Notes under the pieces: model-generated
The model's input: the letters and a program-made list of their open reading frames with translations, nothing else
Told to the model about the DNA's origin: nothing
Databases searched by the model: none
Assembly (NCBI GenBank): GCA_963519285.1
Contig: CAUQMR010000001.1
Location: 852-64,851, forward strand
From: an uncultured Candidatus Saccharibacteria bacterium
Lineage (GTDB): Bacteria > Patescibacteriota > Saccharimonadia > Saccharimonadales > Saccharimonadaceae
Direction: 5' to 3'
Length of the DNA stretch: 64,000 bases
Shown here: positions 37,123 through 47,142 of the stretch, piece after piece
Numbering within the stretch: the first letter of the stretch is position 1
Layout: every line of letters starts with the position of its first letter
Position numbers and translations under genes: made by a program

Positions 37123-39234
37123 TCAATCATCGCCGTCCACTGATGTGTGAATAAATTTTCGCTTGCCGCGGTAGACGAAGAAGCCGATGAGGAGCGCGTT
37201 TGCCACCAGCGCAAAGCCAGCCAGGATGAGCATGTGCTGCGTATAGAGCACGCTATCTACCCCACCCGAGATCGCATGACGATAGGCAATGATAGAGTGC
37301 GTCATGGGTAGCCAGGGGTTGATAGTTTGGAAGAAACCAGAGGCTGTTTGGATGGGGAATATCCCTTCGCTCGCTGCCAGCTGGAGCACCATGATGATCA
37401 TTACCACCAGCCGGCCAGGGTTATCCAGCACCATTACCAGCAGTGTAATGAGCGACATAAAGGCAAGCGAGGCAAGGTAGCTTGTGGCAGCAAATAGCCA
37501 CGGGTGGTCGGGTTGCAAGCCCACCACATAGACTAGCACTAGCATCATAATCGTTGCTTGCACCAGTGCAGCCAGCCCCAAGACCGACATCTTAGCCAGC
37601 CACCAGCGCCAGGCATTTTCTTGGCGCGAGAAGGTCTTGCGCACTGGGTACATCGTCGTCAGAGCCAGCCCACCAACAAAGAGCGCTAGCGAGAGCATAT
37701 ATGGTGCCATGGCATAGCCATAATTTGGCACACTGCCAGTACTGTGCTCGCTACTCGCCACAGGCGCGGCCATCTGCTGCTGAGCCGCTGGGCTGGTTGG
37801 CAAGAGCTTTACCTGAGCCGCACCAGTCTGCAGTTTGTGCGCCAGTGTGCTCGAGCCATCCGCCAGCTGGTTGCTTGCCTGCATCAGCGTACTAGAGTGC
37901 TGCTGCAAGGTGGCTGCGCCCTGAGCCAGTTGCCCACTACCCTGCTGAGCTGTTGCGAGATTGCCCGCCACCTGTGCTGCACCAGCCTGGAGCCGCTCGC
38001 TACCAGCCCGCACCATATTGTACCCCGCAAAGGCAGTGGTGGCTTGCGGGGCGAACTGCTCCACGCCAGTGTTGAGTGCTGCCACACCATTCTTGAGTGT
38101 TTGCTGCTGAGTAGTAAGTGTTTTGGTAAGAGTGTCGAGGTTAGCCAGCAAGCTCTGCGTTTGCTCGGCAATGGCTTTGGTTTGCTGCAGAGCACTCGCT
38201 AAGGTTTGCAGCTCGGGTAGTGTGATGGTCGTGCTACCGCCAGACGCAGCCGCCTGCGCACTAGTCTTTTGGAGGATCGCCCCGGCTGATGCGGTGGGTG
38301 CTTGCATTGCCTGGAGCGCACCCACGACTCGCTGCGCATTTTGGGCTACTGCCGCCTGCTGAGCCGCCACCGCTGGTGATGGCTGAGCCACCTGAGTGTT
38401 GAGTGTATTTATCCCTTGTTTGATCTGCTGCATACCAGCCGTTAGCTGGGCCACTTGGGCCGCCGTTGGTAGTTGGCCAGTTAGCTGTGCTGTACCTTGC
38501 TGGACTTGCACTGCGCCAGCCTGCAGTTGCCCCAGGCCTGCCGTTAGCGTCTGCTGCTTGCTGGCCAGTTGGCTAACGCCATTGGTATAGTGAGTAAGAC
38601 CCGCTTGGAGCTGTGCCGACCCCTGATGCAAGCGCCCAGCACCATCACCAGCCTGCGCCATGCCATTACCCACCGCACCAATACCCGCTGCCACCTCTTT
38701 GAGGTAAGTTTGGGTCACTTGCTCGGCCACTGCTTCCTTCACTTTTTGCGCGGCTTGGCGGCTAATGACTGCACCAATGTAGTTCTTGGCTGGCGTCAGC
38801 TGATACGACACCACCGCTTGCTGCGGCTTGTCCTGCCGAAGTGACGCCGCACGCTGTGAGAAATCCTCCGGTACCGTCACTACTGCGTAGTAATAACCAC
38901 GGCGCACGCCATCATCGGCTTGCTGCTTGGAGACGAATTCCCACTTAAGCGTCTTGCTCTTATGTAGAGACTCGGTCATTGTCCGGCCAATCTGCAGCTC
39001 CTTGCCATTGATCTGCGCCCCCTTGTCCTCATTCACAAAAGCAATCGGCAGTCGGTCGGTATGCCCATACGGGTCCCACACCGAGCTGAGGAAAAACGCC
39101 GCATATATCACCGGCACAAAGGCCAGTGCTATTACTGCCACCAACAGCGTCTTACTGTGCAGTAAGTGCTGCCATTCGGCTTGAACCATCACACTACGGC
39201 GGCGCCGGATGGCTTGCTTCATCTTCTCACCCAT
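37123..39234 (-). CDS. YhgE/Pip family membrane protein
   Basis: WDPYG..LPIAFVNED, QLxxGAxQL heptad repeats, VPNYGYAMAPY, C-terminal multi-TM domain. Confidence 0.92.
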   Translation of the reverse strand: MGEKMKQAIRRRRSVMVQAEWQHLLHSKTLLVAVIALAFVPVIYAAFFLSSVWDPYGHTDRLPIAFVNEDKGAQINGKELQIGRTMTESLHKSKTLKWEFVSKQQADDGVRRGYYYAVVTVPEDFSQRAASLRQDKPQQAVVSYQLTPAKNYIGAVISRQAAQKVKEAVAEQVTQTYLKEVAAGIGAVGNGMAQAGDGAGRLHQGSAQLQAGLTHYTNGVSQLASKQQTLTAGLGQLQAGAVQVQQGTAQLTGQLPTAAQVAQLTAGMQQIKQGINTLNTQVAQPSPAVAAQQAAVAQNAQRVVGALQAMQAPTASAGAILQKTSAQAAASGGSTTITLPELQTLASALQQTKAIAEQTQSLLANLDTLTKTLTTQQQTLKNGVAALNTGVEQFAPQATTAFAGYNMVRAGSERLQAGAAQVAGNLATAQQGSGQLAQGAATLQQHSSTLMQASNQLADGSSTLAHKLQTGAAQVKLLPTSPAAQQQMAAPVASSEHSTGSVPNYGYAMAPYMLSLALFVGGLALTTMYPVRKTFSRQENAWRWWLAKMSVLGLAALVQATIMMLVLVYVVGLQPDHPWLFAATSYLASLAFMSLITLLVMVLDNPGRLVVMIIMVLQLAASEGIFPIQTASGFFQTINPWLPMTHSIIAYRHAISGGVDSVLYTQHMLILAGFALVANALLIGFFVYRGKRKFIHTSVDGDD

Positions 39235-39670
39235 TGTTAGCCAACTCCCGAATAATATCTTGCAATGTCACACCCTGCAGCGTCTCAGCCCAGCGTGCCT
39301 GAGCCCGATCGAAGGCACCAAGGATGCTCACCTCACCGCGTTTGATCTTGCTATCATCTGCCTGGCGGGCAAACATCCGCTCGGCTACTCCTTGGTAGTG
39401 GACAAAGCTCTCCGTCCCCTCGACTGCTGCCACGATATCCCACAGCGTCAGCTCTGTACTAGCCCGCGCCAGGCGAAAGCCACCACCCGCACCCCTCGCC
39501 GAGGTAATCAGCTGGGCTGTTACGAGCTTGCGCGTTACTTTGGTAATATACGTTGGCGACACCCCCATTTGCTTTGCCAAGCTCTGATTCGTCACTGGTG
39601 ATCGCAGGTCTGGATGCGCCAGCAAAATCACAATGCAGCAGGCCTGCTCGACTGCTCCTGATAGCTTCAT
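39227..39670 (-). CDS. Rrf2 family transcriptional regulator
   Basis: MKLS..VSPTYITKV..LITSARGAGGGFRLAR..TLWDIVAAVEG; GAAAGGA before ATG 39670. Confidence 0.92.
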   Translation of the reverse strand: MKLSGAVEQACCIVILLAHPDLRSPVTNQSLAKQMGVSPTYITKVTRKLVTAQLITSARGAGGGFRLARASTELTLWDIVAAVEGTESFVHYQGVAERMFARQADDSKIKRGEVSILGAFDRAQARWAETLQGVTLQDIIRELANNG

Positions 39671-39693
39671 CTTAATCCTTTCATAAATTAGCC

Positions 39694-39711
39694 ATAGTAG
39701 ATATCTACTAT
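39694..39711. promoter_or_regulatory. Perfect 18-bp palindrome, candidate Rrf2 operator
   Basis: ATAGTAGATATCTACTAT, just downstream of a minus-strand TATAGT box (39719-39714). Confidence 0.65.
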
Positions 39712-39757
39712 CCACTATACTACACTCACCCTACATAAACAACCCTCCCGGTCAATT

Positions 39758-39786
39758 AAAAAGCTCCGCCACACGACGGAGCTTCT
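39758..39786 (-). terminator. Intrinsic terminator
   Basis: AAGCTCCG/CGGAGCTT hairpin with T-run on the minus strand. Confidence 0.7.
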
Positions 39787-39805
39787 CACTTATTCTACCT
39801 GAGCT

Positions 39806-40705
39806 TTAACTTTGGTTTGCCTTCTCGGTCAATACGCGGCCCAAAGCATTCAGCTGAGAGTTAACCTCTGCCTTTTGGAATGCCTCATTTAGTTTCTTTG
39901 GAGCGTCACTGGTCCTAAATTTTGTTAAATGACGATACAGTTTGCTGGCAGCTGCTGATATTGCAGAGCTATCACCAGAATTGTAGGCATTTTGCATCTC
40001 CTCGACCAGTTTTCGCTGCTCATCAAATGCATCACCTAATCTTTTTGCTTCTTCGGACAACAGTTGGCTCTTTACTTTCGCTAGTTTCTTCACAGCAGAG
40101 ACACAAGAACTAACAGTTTTGTCATAGTTCTCTAGCAACTTACTGCGGTCTGAGCTGAATCGAGGAAAAGTAGTAGCAGTTCGACAGTTCTTTGTGGTCT
40201 CTAACAGCTCATCAGATGCATCAGCCAAATCACCTACCATTGTGGTAAATTCATTGTTTTGTTTGATGAAATCATCGTATTTTTGCTTAACATCTTTGTC
40301 ACGCAAGGCTTTCATGTCTTTCAAGTCATCAACCGACTTCTTATATTCTTCTACTGATTCTTTGATCTTATCAGTAGACGCGGTTGACGTCCCATATGAA
40401 ACCATGCGAAAGGCTGAACCAACCCGTAGATAGGTACCACGCACTTTTGTAACCTTATCGTGCGCTTCCTTGTAATCTTCTTTACTTGGACCGCTCAATA
40501 AAATCACTGCAAGAACAATACCAACGACCAACAAGATGAAGGCGATCGAACCACCAATAATACCCCACAACATACCCTTGCTCATGCCCTTTTTCTTGGC
40601 TGGTCCCTGAGGGACTGGTTGGGTCGGTGCCGGTTGTACACGTGGTTCCGGAACAGTTGCAGCGGGAGTTGGTGTCGAGTTTGTATTATTACCTTTATTA
40701 TCCAT
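39806..40705 (-). CDS. Hypothetical membrane-anchored helical protein
   Basis: Pro-rich N-tail, single TM, coiled-coil ectodomain with a Cys pair; AAGGAG SD. Confidence 0.8.
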   Translation of the reverse strand: MDNKGNNTNSTPTPAATVPEPRVQPAPTQPVPQGPAKKKGMSKGMLWGIIGGSIAFILLVVGIVLAVILLSGPSKEDYKEAHDKVTKVRGTYLRVGSAFRMVSYGTSTASTDKIKESVEEYKKSVDDLKDMKALRDKDVKQKYDDFIKQNNEFTTMVGDLADASDELLETTKNCRTATTFPRFSSDRSKLLENYDKTVSSCVSAVKKLAKVKSQLLSEEAKRLGDAFDEQRKLVEEMQNAYNSGDSSAISAAASKLYRHLTKFRTSDAPKKLNEAFQKAEVNSQLNALGRVLTEKANQS

Positions 40706-40773
40706 GCATTCTCCTTTTCTTACTCTATTAATTGTACACCATTTACAATTTACTGAATACGGTTATGGCTAGA

Positions 40774-42882
40774 TTACAGACCAATCATCGTCAAATTGAT
40801 CTTGCCGCGCTCGTCAATACCAGTTATCTTTACGCGGACAGTCTGACCTTCTTTGACGACATCAGTCACCTTATTTACCCGACCTTCGGCCAGTTTCGAA
40901 ATATGTACCATACCATCGACTCCTGGCAAGATATTCACAAAAGCGCCAAAGTCCTTGATACTAACAACCCGACCCTCATAGATCTTGCCAACCTCTGGCT
41001 CTTCTACCAAACTCTTGATCCAGTTCATAGCTTTCTCAATTGATGCGCCATCTGGGCTAGCCACAGTGATTAAACCGTCTTCTTTGATATCAATTTCAGC
41101 ACCAGTCTCAGAGGTGATCTTATTGATCATCTCACCACCCTTACCGATCACCGCACCAATCTTATCTGGGTTGATCTTGATCTTCTCGATGCGTGGTGCG
41201 TATGGGCTCAATGCCTGGCGTGGTTGTGGTAATACTGACAACATATGCTCCAAAATGTGCGCTCGGCCAGCTTTTGATTGCTCAATTGCTTGCGCCAAAA
41301 TGTCAACCGGCAATCCATGCACCTTCATATCCATCTGTAGCGCCGTGATACCTTGAGCAGTGCCTGTCACCTTAAAGTCCATATCACCAGCAAAATCTTC
41401 AGCATCAGCGATGTCGCTCAGCACATATGGTGTGCCCTCGTCCATCATTAAGCCCATGGCGATACCGGAGACCGGCGCTTTGAGCGGCACACCCGCATCC
41501 ATCAGCGCCAAACAGCTTGAACAGGTTGCTGCCATTGAGGTGGAGCCGTTCTGACTCATGATTTCGGTCACCGAACGAATGGCATATGGGAACTCTTCTT
41601 CACTCGGCAAGACTGGTGTCAATGCTCGCTCTGCCAAGTAGCCATGCCCAATTTCCCGACGACCCGGACTGCCCAAACGGCGCACTTCACCAACAGTATA
41701 ACCCGGAGCATTGTAGTGATGCATATACCGCCGCTCGTAGTCGGTCTGTTCCATGGTGTCTACCAGCTGCGCGTAGCTCAGCGGCGCCAAGGTAACGATG
41801 TTCATACCCTGAGTCACGCCGCGGGTAAATAAGCTTGATCCGTGTGCTCGTGGCAAGAAACCAACTTCTGAGCTGAGTGGTCGGATTTCCGTCAATTGAC
41901 GGCCGTCTGGACGCACCTTATCCTCAACGATACCTCGGCGTACGTCCTTATGGAGTGCCAACGTAAAGGCCTCATCATATTGAGGTCGCAGCTCATCATA
42001 ATTCTCACCGAGCTTTGTCGTAAATTCGTCATGAAATGCCTGACGAATATCCGCGATCAGTTCGTTACGCTCTGGGTAGGCACGACGAATAGCTGCGCCA
42101 AATTTACCAGCAACCCACGCATCAACTTCTGCTTGGATGGTTTCATCTGGTAGAACCAGTTCGTACTGCTGCGCGGCTGGTGCGACTTTTTCTGCCAACT
42201 CACGTTGAAGCTGGATGGCTGGCTGCATCATGTGGTGTGCCCACGCCATAGCATCGATAATTACCTGCTCGCTCACTTCATGAGCACCCGCTTCCACCAT
42301 GGTAATGCCGCTCTCGATACCAGCGACAACCAAATCCAGGTCACTGGCTGCGCGCTCATCAGGGGTCAAAAAGGCCTTAAATTCACCGTTCACTCGACCA
42401 ACACGCAAACCTGCCACCGGTCCATCAAATGGGGTGCCAGTCAGGCTCAGTGCCGCACTAGCAGCTACCATTGCCACCATATCAGGACGGAAACTTGGGT
42501 CCATACTGAGGACACTTGATACGACTTGAACCTCTTGGCGATATCCCTTTGGGAACAGTGGACGAATTGGCCGGTCAATCAGCCGCCCGATGAGTATTGC
42601 CTCGTCAGATGGACGACCTTCTCGCTTGATAAATCGGCTACCAGAAATCTTGCCGGCAGCATAAAACTTTTCTTCATAATCAATTGACAATGGGAAATAG
42701 TCTAATTCCACTGGTCGCGATCCGACCATCGCCGTACCCAACACAACGGTATCACCGTAGCGCGCTACCACACTGGCGGTAGTGCGAAAACCGACCCTAT
42801 TTACCTCTAGCGTCAGTGGTCGACCACACCATTCCGTGGTAACACTAAAAATATCCTTGCCACTTGGATTAATAATGCTCAT
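40774..42882 (-). CDS. pnp: Polyribonucleotide nucleotidyltransferase
   Basis: RLIDRPIRPLFP, RREIGHG, DFAGDMDFKV, KH and S1 domains. Confidence 0.98.
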   Translation of the reverse strand: MSIINPSGKDIFSVTTEWCGRPLTLEVNRVGFRTTASVVARYGDTVVLGTAMVGSRPVELDYFPLSIDYEEKFYAAGKISGSRFIKREGRPSDEAILIGRLIDRPIRPLFPKGYRQEVQVVSSVLSMDPSFRPDMVAMVAASAALSLTGTPFDGPVAGLRVGRVNGEFKAFLTPDERAASDLDLVVAGIESGITMVEAGAHEVSEQVIIDAMAWAHHMMQPAIQLQRELAEKVAPAAQQYELVLPDETIQAEVDAWVAGKFGAAIRRAYPERNELIADIRQAFHDEFTTKLGENYDELRPQYDEAFTLALHKDVRRGIVEDKVRPDGRQLTEIRPLSSEVGFLPRAHGSSLFTRGVTQGMNIVTLAPLSYAQLVDTMEQTDYERRYMHHYNAPGYTVGEVRRLGSPGRREIGHGYLAERALTPVLPSEEEFPYAIRSVTEIMSQNGSTSMAATCSSCLALMDAGVPLKAPVSGIAMGLMMDEGTPYVLSDIADAEDFAGDMDFKVTGTAQGITALQMDMKVHGLPVDILAQAIEQSKAGRAHILEHMLSVLPQPRQALSPYAPRIEKIKINPDKIGAVIGKGGEMINKITSETGAEIDIKEDGLITVASPDGASIEKAMNWIKSLVEEPEVGKIYEGRVVSIKDFGAFVNILPGVDGMVHISKLAEGRVNKVTDVVKEGQTVRVKITGIDERGKINLTMIGL

Positions 42883-43021
42883 TATGAGCCTCCTTTCTTA
42901 TCGCGAAAAGTAACAGGGGTGAAAGCTGATATGTCATGAGCTCTCGTCTCTATCACCATTCGCGGTTAGTTACCTTTTTATTATACCACACTCTTCATTC
43001 ATCACCCGACGGGCTGTTATA

Positions 43022-43621
43022 ATGATAAGTGTGAATATTAAACGCACCAAAACGACAAAAGACTATATTATATTAGGTATAGCGCTAACCTTATTGGTGG
43101 GTGGCGTATATTTGCTTATTACTATTTTTAGTCCCTTTTTCGCAACACAATTCATCGACCCAAAAAACAATGAAACGACCAAGGTTTTGCAAAAAACAAC
43201 TGATGAGTTTCATCCAGAAAATCGCATCTACATCCCGGCTATCAATGTCAATATCCCGTACAAAACCGGTGGCGCAGAAGTGTTAGAGCTAACTGCCTGG
43301 TGGCGTAAGCCAGAAAATGGCAACCCTAAAGAGGGTGGAAATTTCATCGTTGCTGCTCACCGCTTCCAGATTGGACCAACACCACAACGCACCATCAACA
43401 ATTCTCCTTTTTACAACATCAACAAGCTCAAAGTTGGTGATTCCATCACAGTTGATTACGACGGCAAACGCTACGAGTATAGCATATATGATATATATAA
43501 AGTTAAGCCTGATGCCGTCGAGATAGAAGAGCGAACCGATCAACCACGCTTGACACTGTATTCATGTTCCCTGGGTGGATCATTTGATAAACGCGAAGTT
43601 ATCATCGCTGTTCCTAAATAG
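43022..43621 (+). CDS. Sortase
   Basis: N-terminal TM, AAHRF His, LTLYSC Cys, downstream Arg. Alternative start GTG 43031. Confidence 0.88.
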   Translation: MISVNIKRTKTTKDYIILGIALTLLVGGVYLLITIFSPFFATQFIDPKNNETTKVLQKTTDEFHPENRIYIPAINVNIPYKTGGAEVLELTAWWRKPENGNPKEGGNFIVAAHRFQIGPTPQRTINNSPFYNINKLKVGDSITVDYDGKRYEYSIYDIYKVKPDAVEIEERTDQPRLTLYSCSLGGSFDKREVIIAVPK

Positions 43622-43628
43622 TTCATAC

Positions 43629-43660
43629 AAAAATCCGCCCCGATATATCGAGGCGGATAT
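43629..43660. terminator. Intrinsic terminator between convergent sortase and rpsO
   Basis: ATCCGCCCCGA-TATA-TCGAGGCGGAT hairpin with A-run on the left. Confidence 0.7.
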
Positions 43661-43678
43661 ATAAACTACTTGGTTCGC

Positions 43679-43945
43679 TTATTTACGTAGTCCCAATGTA
43701 GCCAGCACTTGCTTATAACTCTCAAAGTCAGTTCGCTCCAAGTATCGCAGTAGGCGCTTGCGCTTACCTACCATCTGGACAAGGCCGCGACGAGCCATGA
43801 AGTCGTGTTTGTTGACTTTCAGGTGCTCTGTAACCTCTTTGATACGAGCTGTCAAAATCGAAATCTGCACCTGAGGGCTACCGACATCGTTTTTGCCAAC
43901 CTGAGTCAAAGCAATCGCTTTTTGCTTGTTCTCTTTACTGATCAT
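43679..43945 (-). CDS. rpsO: 30S ribosomal protein S15
   Basis: DVGSPQVQISILT..HD..RRGL..VGKRKRLLRYL..LGLRK. Confidence 0.97.
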   Translation of the reverse strand: MISKENKQKAIALTQVGKNDVGSPQVQISILTARIKEVTEHLKVNKHDFMARRGLVQMVGKRKRLLRYLERTDFESYKQVLATLGLRK

Positions 43946-43992
43946 AGCCGTTTGATTATATCAGGAGTGACCAATATTTTCAAGCAGTGCCG

Positions 43993-44472
43993 CTAGAATA
44001 GCTGCGCGTAGCTATATATGGTTGAGCCACTGTCTGGTGCTTGCGTGCTATTGTGATGACAACTTGAACGAATACGATTGAAGGTTGCTACGTCCTCAGT
44101 AGATGGATTATTCAATGCGGCATATATCACAAACCCCTTACCACCGTCATGACACTCATAGATTCGAAAGATTGCTTCCTCATTTGCTGCTTTTTTACTA
44201 GAAACACCTTGCCGATAATCAGCCTTCAAATAATCCGGTACCAAAGTTTGTACACCATCCGGCGCATTAAACGGACCAAATCCGGTGATGCGCTTTCCTC
44301 TAGCCTCCGCCAAAGCAGCAGCATCGCCCGCAGTTTTAACTGCAGATCGAATCTTCGCGTCCAATCCATTATCGCGCACCGACCGATACGAGATGATTGA
44401 GATTGATGCCAAAATACTAATCACCGCTATAACAATTAATACTTCAATCAGTGTAAAACCCTTATGCTTCAT
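43993..44472 (-). CDS. Orphan type IV pilin
   Basis: HKG|FTLIEVLIVIAVI, Cys pair. Confidence 0.88.
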   Translation of the reverse strand: MKHKGFTLIEVLIVIAVISILASISIISYRSVRDNGLDAKIRSAVKTAGDAAALAEARGKRITGFGPFNAPDGVQTLVPDYLKADYRQGVSSKKAANEEAIFRIYECHDGGKGFVIYAALNNPSTEDVATFNRIRSSCHHNSTQAPDSGSTIYSYAQLF

Positions 44473-44489
44473 ATCCATATAATACCACT

Positions 44490-45155
44490 CTAATTCTCTA
44501 TGCCAAAATCCGACAATTTTGCTGCTCGTTCGATGGTAAAGTTAGCAATTTTTGTGCGCCGCAACGATTGACAGTAGGCACCAGTCCCCAAATAGTTCCC
44601 GATGTCCTCTGCTAGCGTACGAATGTATGTGCCACTAGAGACATGAGTATTGATGCATAGTTTTGGATAGTTATATGATGCAATTTCAATGTCATACACC
44701 GTGATTTGCCGTGCGGGCATCGCAACTTCCTGACCTTTTCGCGCGAGGTGATAGGCGCGCTGCCCATTGATTTTGATGGCGCTAAAAGCCGGCGGGGTTT
44801 GTTCAATCACCCCAATGAACTTCCGTACAGCCTGATTCACCTCTTCAGTTGTCGGCTGATGCTCAGACATTGGCGTAAGCTCACCTTCAGGATCTCCCGT
44901 CGTGCTAGTCACCCCCAAAATGATTTCTGCCTGATACCATTTGTCTAGCTTGGTAAACGACCCGGCTTCTTTACATTTTTTACCCGTTACTAAAATCATC
45001 AGACCAGTAGCAAACGGATCTAACGTGCCAGTGTGTCCAACTTTTGCTTTCTTACCTAGCTGTTGACTGAGCACTCTCCTGATTCTGGCGACTACGCCAA
45101 AACTACTCATACCAGCTGGCTTATCAATGAGCAGGATATCATCATTTGGTATCAT
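44490..45155 (-). CDS. truB: tRNA pseudouridine(55) synthase
   Basis: DKPAGMSS, KVGHTGTLDPFATG, PPAFSAIK, SGTYIRTL; no PUA domain. Confidence 0.96.
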   Translation of the reverse strand: MIPNDDILLIDKPAGMSSFGVVARIRRVLSQQLGKKAKVGHTGTLDPFATGLMILVTGKKCKEAGSFTKLDKWYQAEIILGVTSTTGDPEGELTPMSEHQPTTEEVNQAVRKFIGVIEQTPPAFSAIKINGQRAYHLARKGQEVAMPARQITVYDIEIASYNYPKLCINTHVSSGTYIRTLAEDIGNYLGTGAYCQSLRRTKIANFTIERAAKLSDFGIEN

Positions 45156-45156
45156 G

Positions 45157-46968
45157 CTAGTTTTGTCCCGGAATCTGGAACTGGGTTGGATTAAATTCAG
45201 AGTTAGTAGTATTTACAACTGACGGGGTTGCCGCTGGCGCCGATGGGACGGTAGGGCTGACTGCTGGAGCTGGCGGAAAAGCCGGTGGCAGTTCTGGCAA
45301 CGTACTAAAGTCAGGCATTGGTGGCAACCCTGCTATATTTTTGGCAGAAGACTCAATTTCCGCCAAAGTTGGGGTGCCAGGGTTTACCGCCAATGGATCT
45401 GGAACATTAGGTACCGCTGCTAATGCTTCACTAACCGCCTGATGGGTTGGTTGACCCAATGACTGATTAGTCCCCAATACCTTTGAGGTATCTTCACTGA
45501 GAGCAGCCATGACATCGCCATTATGTCCAGCGATAGCTGAAGCTTCTCCCAGAGGAGAGATAGACCTATTGTTCTGTAAATTGTTGTTCATTTCAGCAAA
45601 CGGGTCAACTGATTTTGGCTCATCATCATGGCGAGCAACGGTGGCGTTTATCGGTGAATCACTAAACCCCCCTTGACTACTGCCAGGTTGACCATGATTC
45701 AAAATCGTGCGGTTACGACCGCTTTCAGCCTCGCGCTTCTTGTCTTCCGCAGCCTGTTCAGTTGAAGCATTGAACGTACCGCCTACTGACGGTTCCGGCA
45801 ACTCATCTTTCGGAGATTGTGGACTGCCCAGCGGCTTGATGGCTGGTAAGCTATATTCTGGCTCCGGTAACTTTGCTGGTTCTTCTGATTCCACTGACTC
45901 TTCCGGTGTGGATTTTGCTAATTGCTTTTCTAGGTATGACTCAGCGGCACGTGCAGCCTCATCTTGAGCCTCAGCCTGTGTTCGTCGAGCCACCTCATCT
46001 AGGTCGCCCCTCTTTTGGTGTGATATTTCCAAGGTGCCATCATCTGGTTTTGGTAGCTCCTTATCTGCTTGTTTCGGCTGTTTACGCGATGCACGACTAA
46101 TTGACAGTTTAGTGTTGTCTACTTCTGCTTCCTCAGTATCTGATGACTCATTTGAACTATCGGCACCTTCCGGTTCATCATGTTCGTCAGCCGGGGCTTC
46201 CAATTCCTCAGCTTCCACCAACTTTGCTGCAATCAACTGCTGGTTAGCTCCTGCAGCCATCAAATCCGCAGCCGCTGTCATGACGCGAGGTGATGTCAGG
46301 TTGTTACTAAACCTATTAGTTACAGCAACGATACCGGTCATAAACGCATTTGCCATCTGCTCGTCCAGCGTTGCCTTGACAGTCTTTAGCTCGTCAACCA
46401 ATTCCAAAAGCATCTCGCTCACACCACTGGCGTTGCGCTCGTGCCAATCGATCGCACCCAAGCTACTCTTGATGTCCCGAGCCGTCACCGTCACCACGTC
46501 AGCACTGTGCAAAATTTTGCCATGAGCCGTCAACGCTTCATCAAGATGATTGCTGTCTTCAACGTTCAAAGCCAACACCAGCTCAATGTTGTAATCACCC
46601 TGTGAGAATTCCAAGTCCGCTTCAGTAATCGTCGTTCGGTACGGAGTGATGAAAATTTTCACAACTGCATCGTCAACGATTTTGTACCGCAAGTGATCCG
46701 CCTTGTCCTTATCAAGCGCGATGATAAAGTCTCTGAGACTATCCGCCGTGTCTTCAAATGTCTTATCAGGCTCCAGGAAATTTATTGCCGGTGGAACTTT
46801 ACCAGAGAATACCGCTGTAGCATGCTTGCCAAGCTCATTCAAAAATAGCGTTAGCCCCAATGCCGCTGACAACTCATCAACACTTGGATCACGACTAACC
46901 GTAACCAATATATTAGTATTTTCTTTGATTTTTTGGATTACCTGCTGCTTGGCGGAAGCGGTGCTCAT
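45157..46968 (-). CDS. Degenerate DHH-fold protein with long acidic/Pro-rich disordered tail
   Basis: ILVTVSRDPSVDELSAALGL and GIVAVTNRF resemble DHH/NrnA motifs with metal ligands lost; located upstream of truB. Confidence 0.6.
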   Translation of the reverse strand: MSTASAKQQVIQKIKENTNILVTVSRDPSVDELSAALGLTLFLNELGKHATAVFSGKVPPAINFLEPDKTFEDTADSLRDFIIALDKDKADHLRYKIVDDAVVKIFITPYRTTITEADLEFSQGDYNIELVLALNVEDSNHLDEALTAHGKILHSADVVTVTARDIKSSLGAIDWHERNASGVSEMLLELVDELKTVKATLDEQMANAFMTGIVAVTNRFSNNLTSPRVMTAAADLMAAGANQQLIAAKLVEAEELEAPADEHDEPEGADSSNESSDTEEAEVDNTKLSISRASRKQPKQADKELPKPDDGTLEISHQKRGDLDEVARRTQAEAQDEAARAAESYLEKQLAKSTPEESVESEEPAKLPEPEYSLPAIKPLGSPQSPKDELPEPSVGGTFNASTEQAAEDKKREAESGRNRTILNHGQPGSSQGGFSDSPINATVARHDDEPKSVDPFAEMNNNLQNNRSISPLGEASAIAGHNGDVMAALSEDTSKVLGTNQSLGQPTHQAVSEALAAVPNVPDPLAVNPGTPTLAEIESSAKNIAGLPPMPDFSTLPELPPAFPPAPAVSPTVPSAPAATPSVVNTTNSEFNPTQFQIPGQN

Positions 46969-47142
46969 TGTTTGTTTTCCTGTTTCTTTTTATTGCTATA
47001 GCCTTTGGCTGAATTATAGCATAAGCATAGGCGATTAGTCAAGATTATACCCCGTTTTGTACCACCTCTTTACTTTTCATGTGATTTTCTGTATAATGCA
47101 TCTTTGATTAGCGATAACAACTTATAGAGGTAAAGGAGTACC

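Noticed and set aside
37800..38680. Repetitive DNA in the YhgE gene as CRISPR or tandem repeat
   Set aside because: These are degenerate coding heptads (QLxxGAxQL) typical of YhgE/Pip, with no fixed repeat-spacer pattern.
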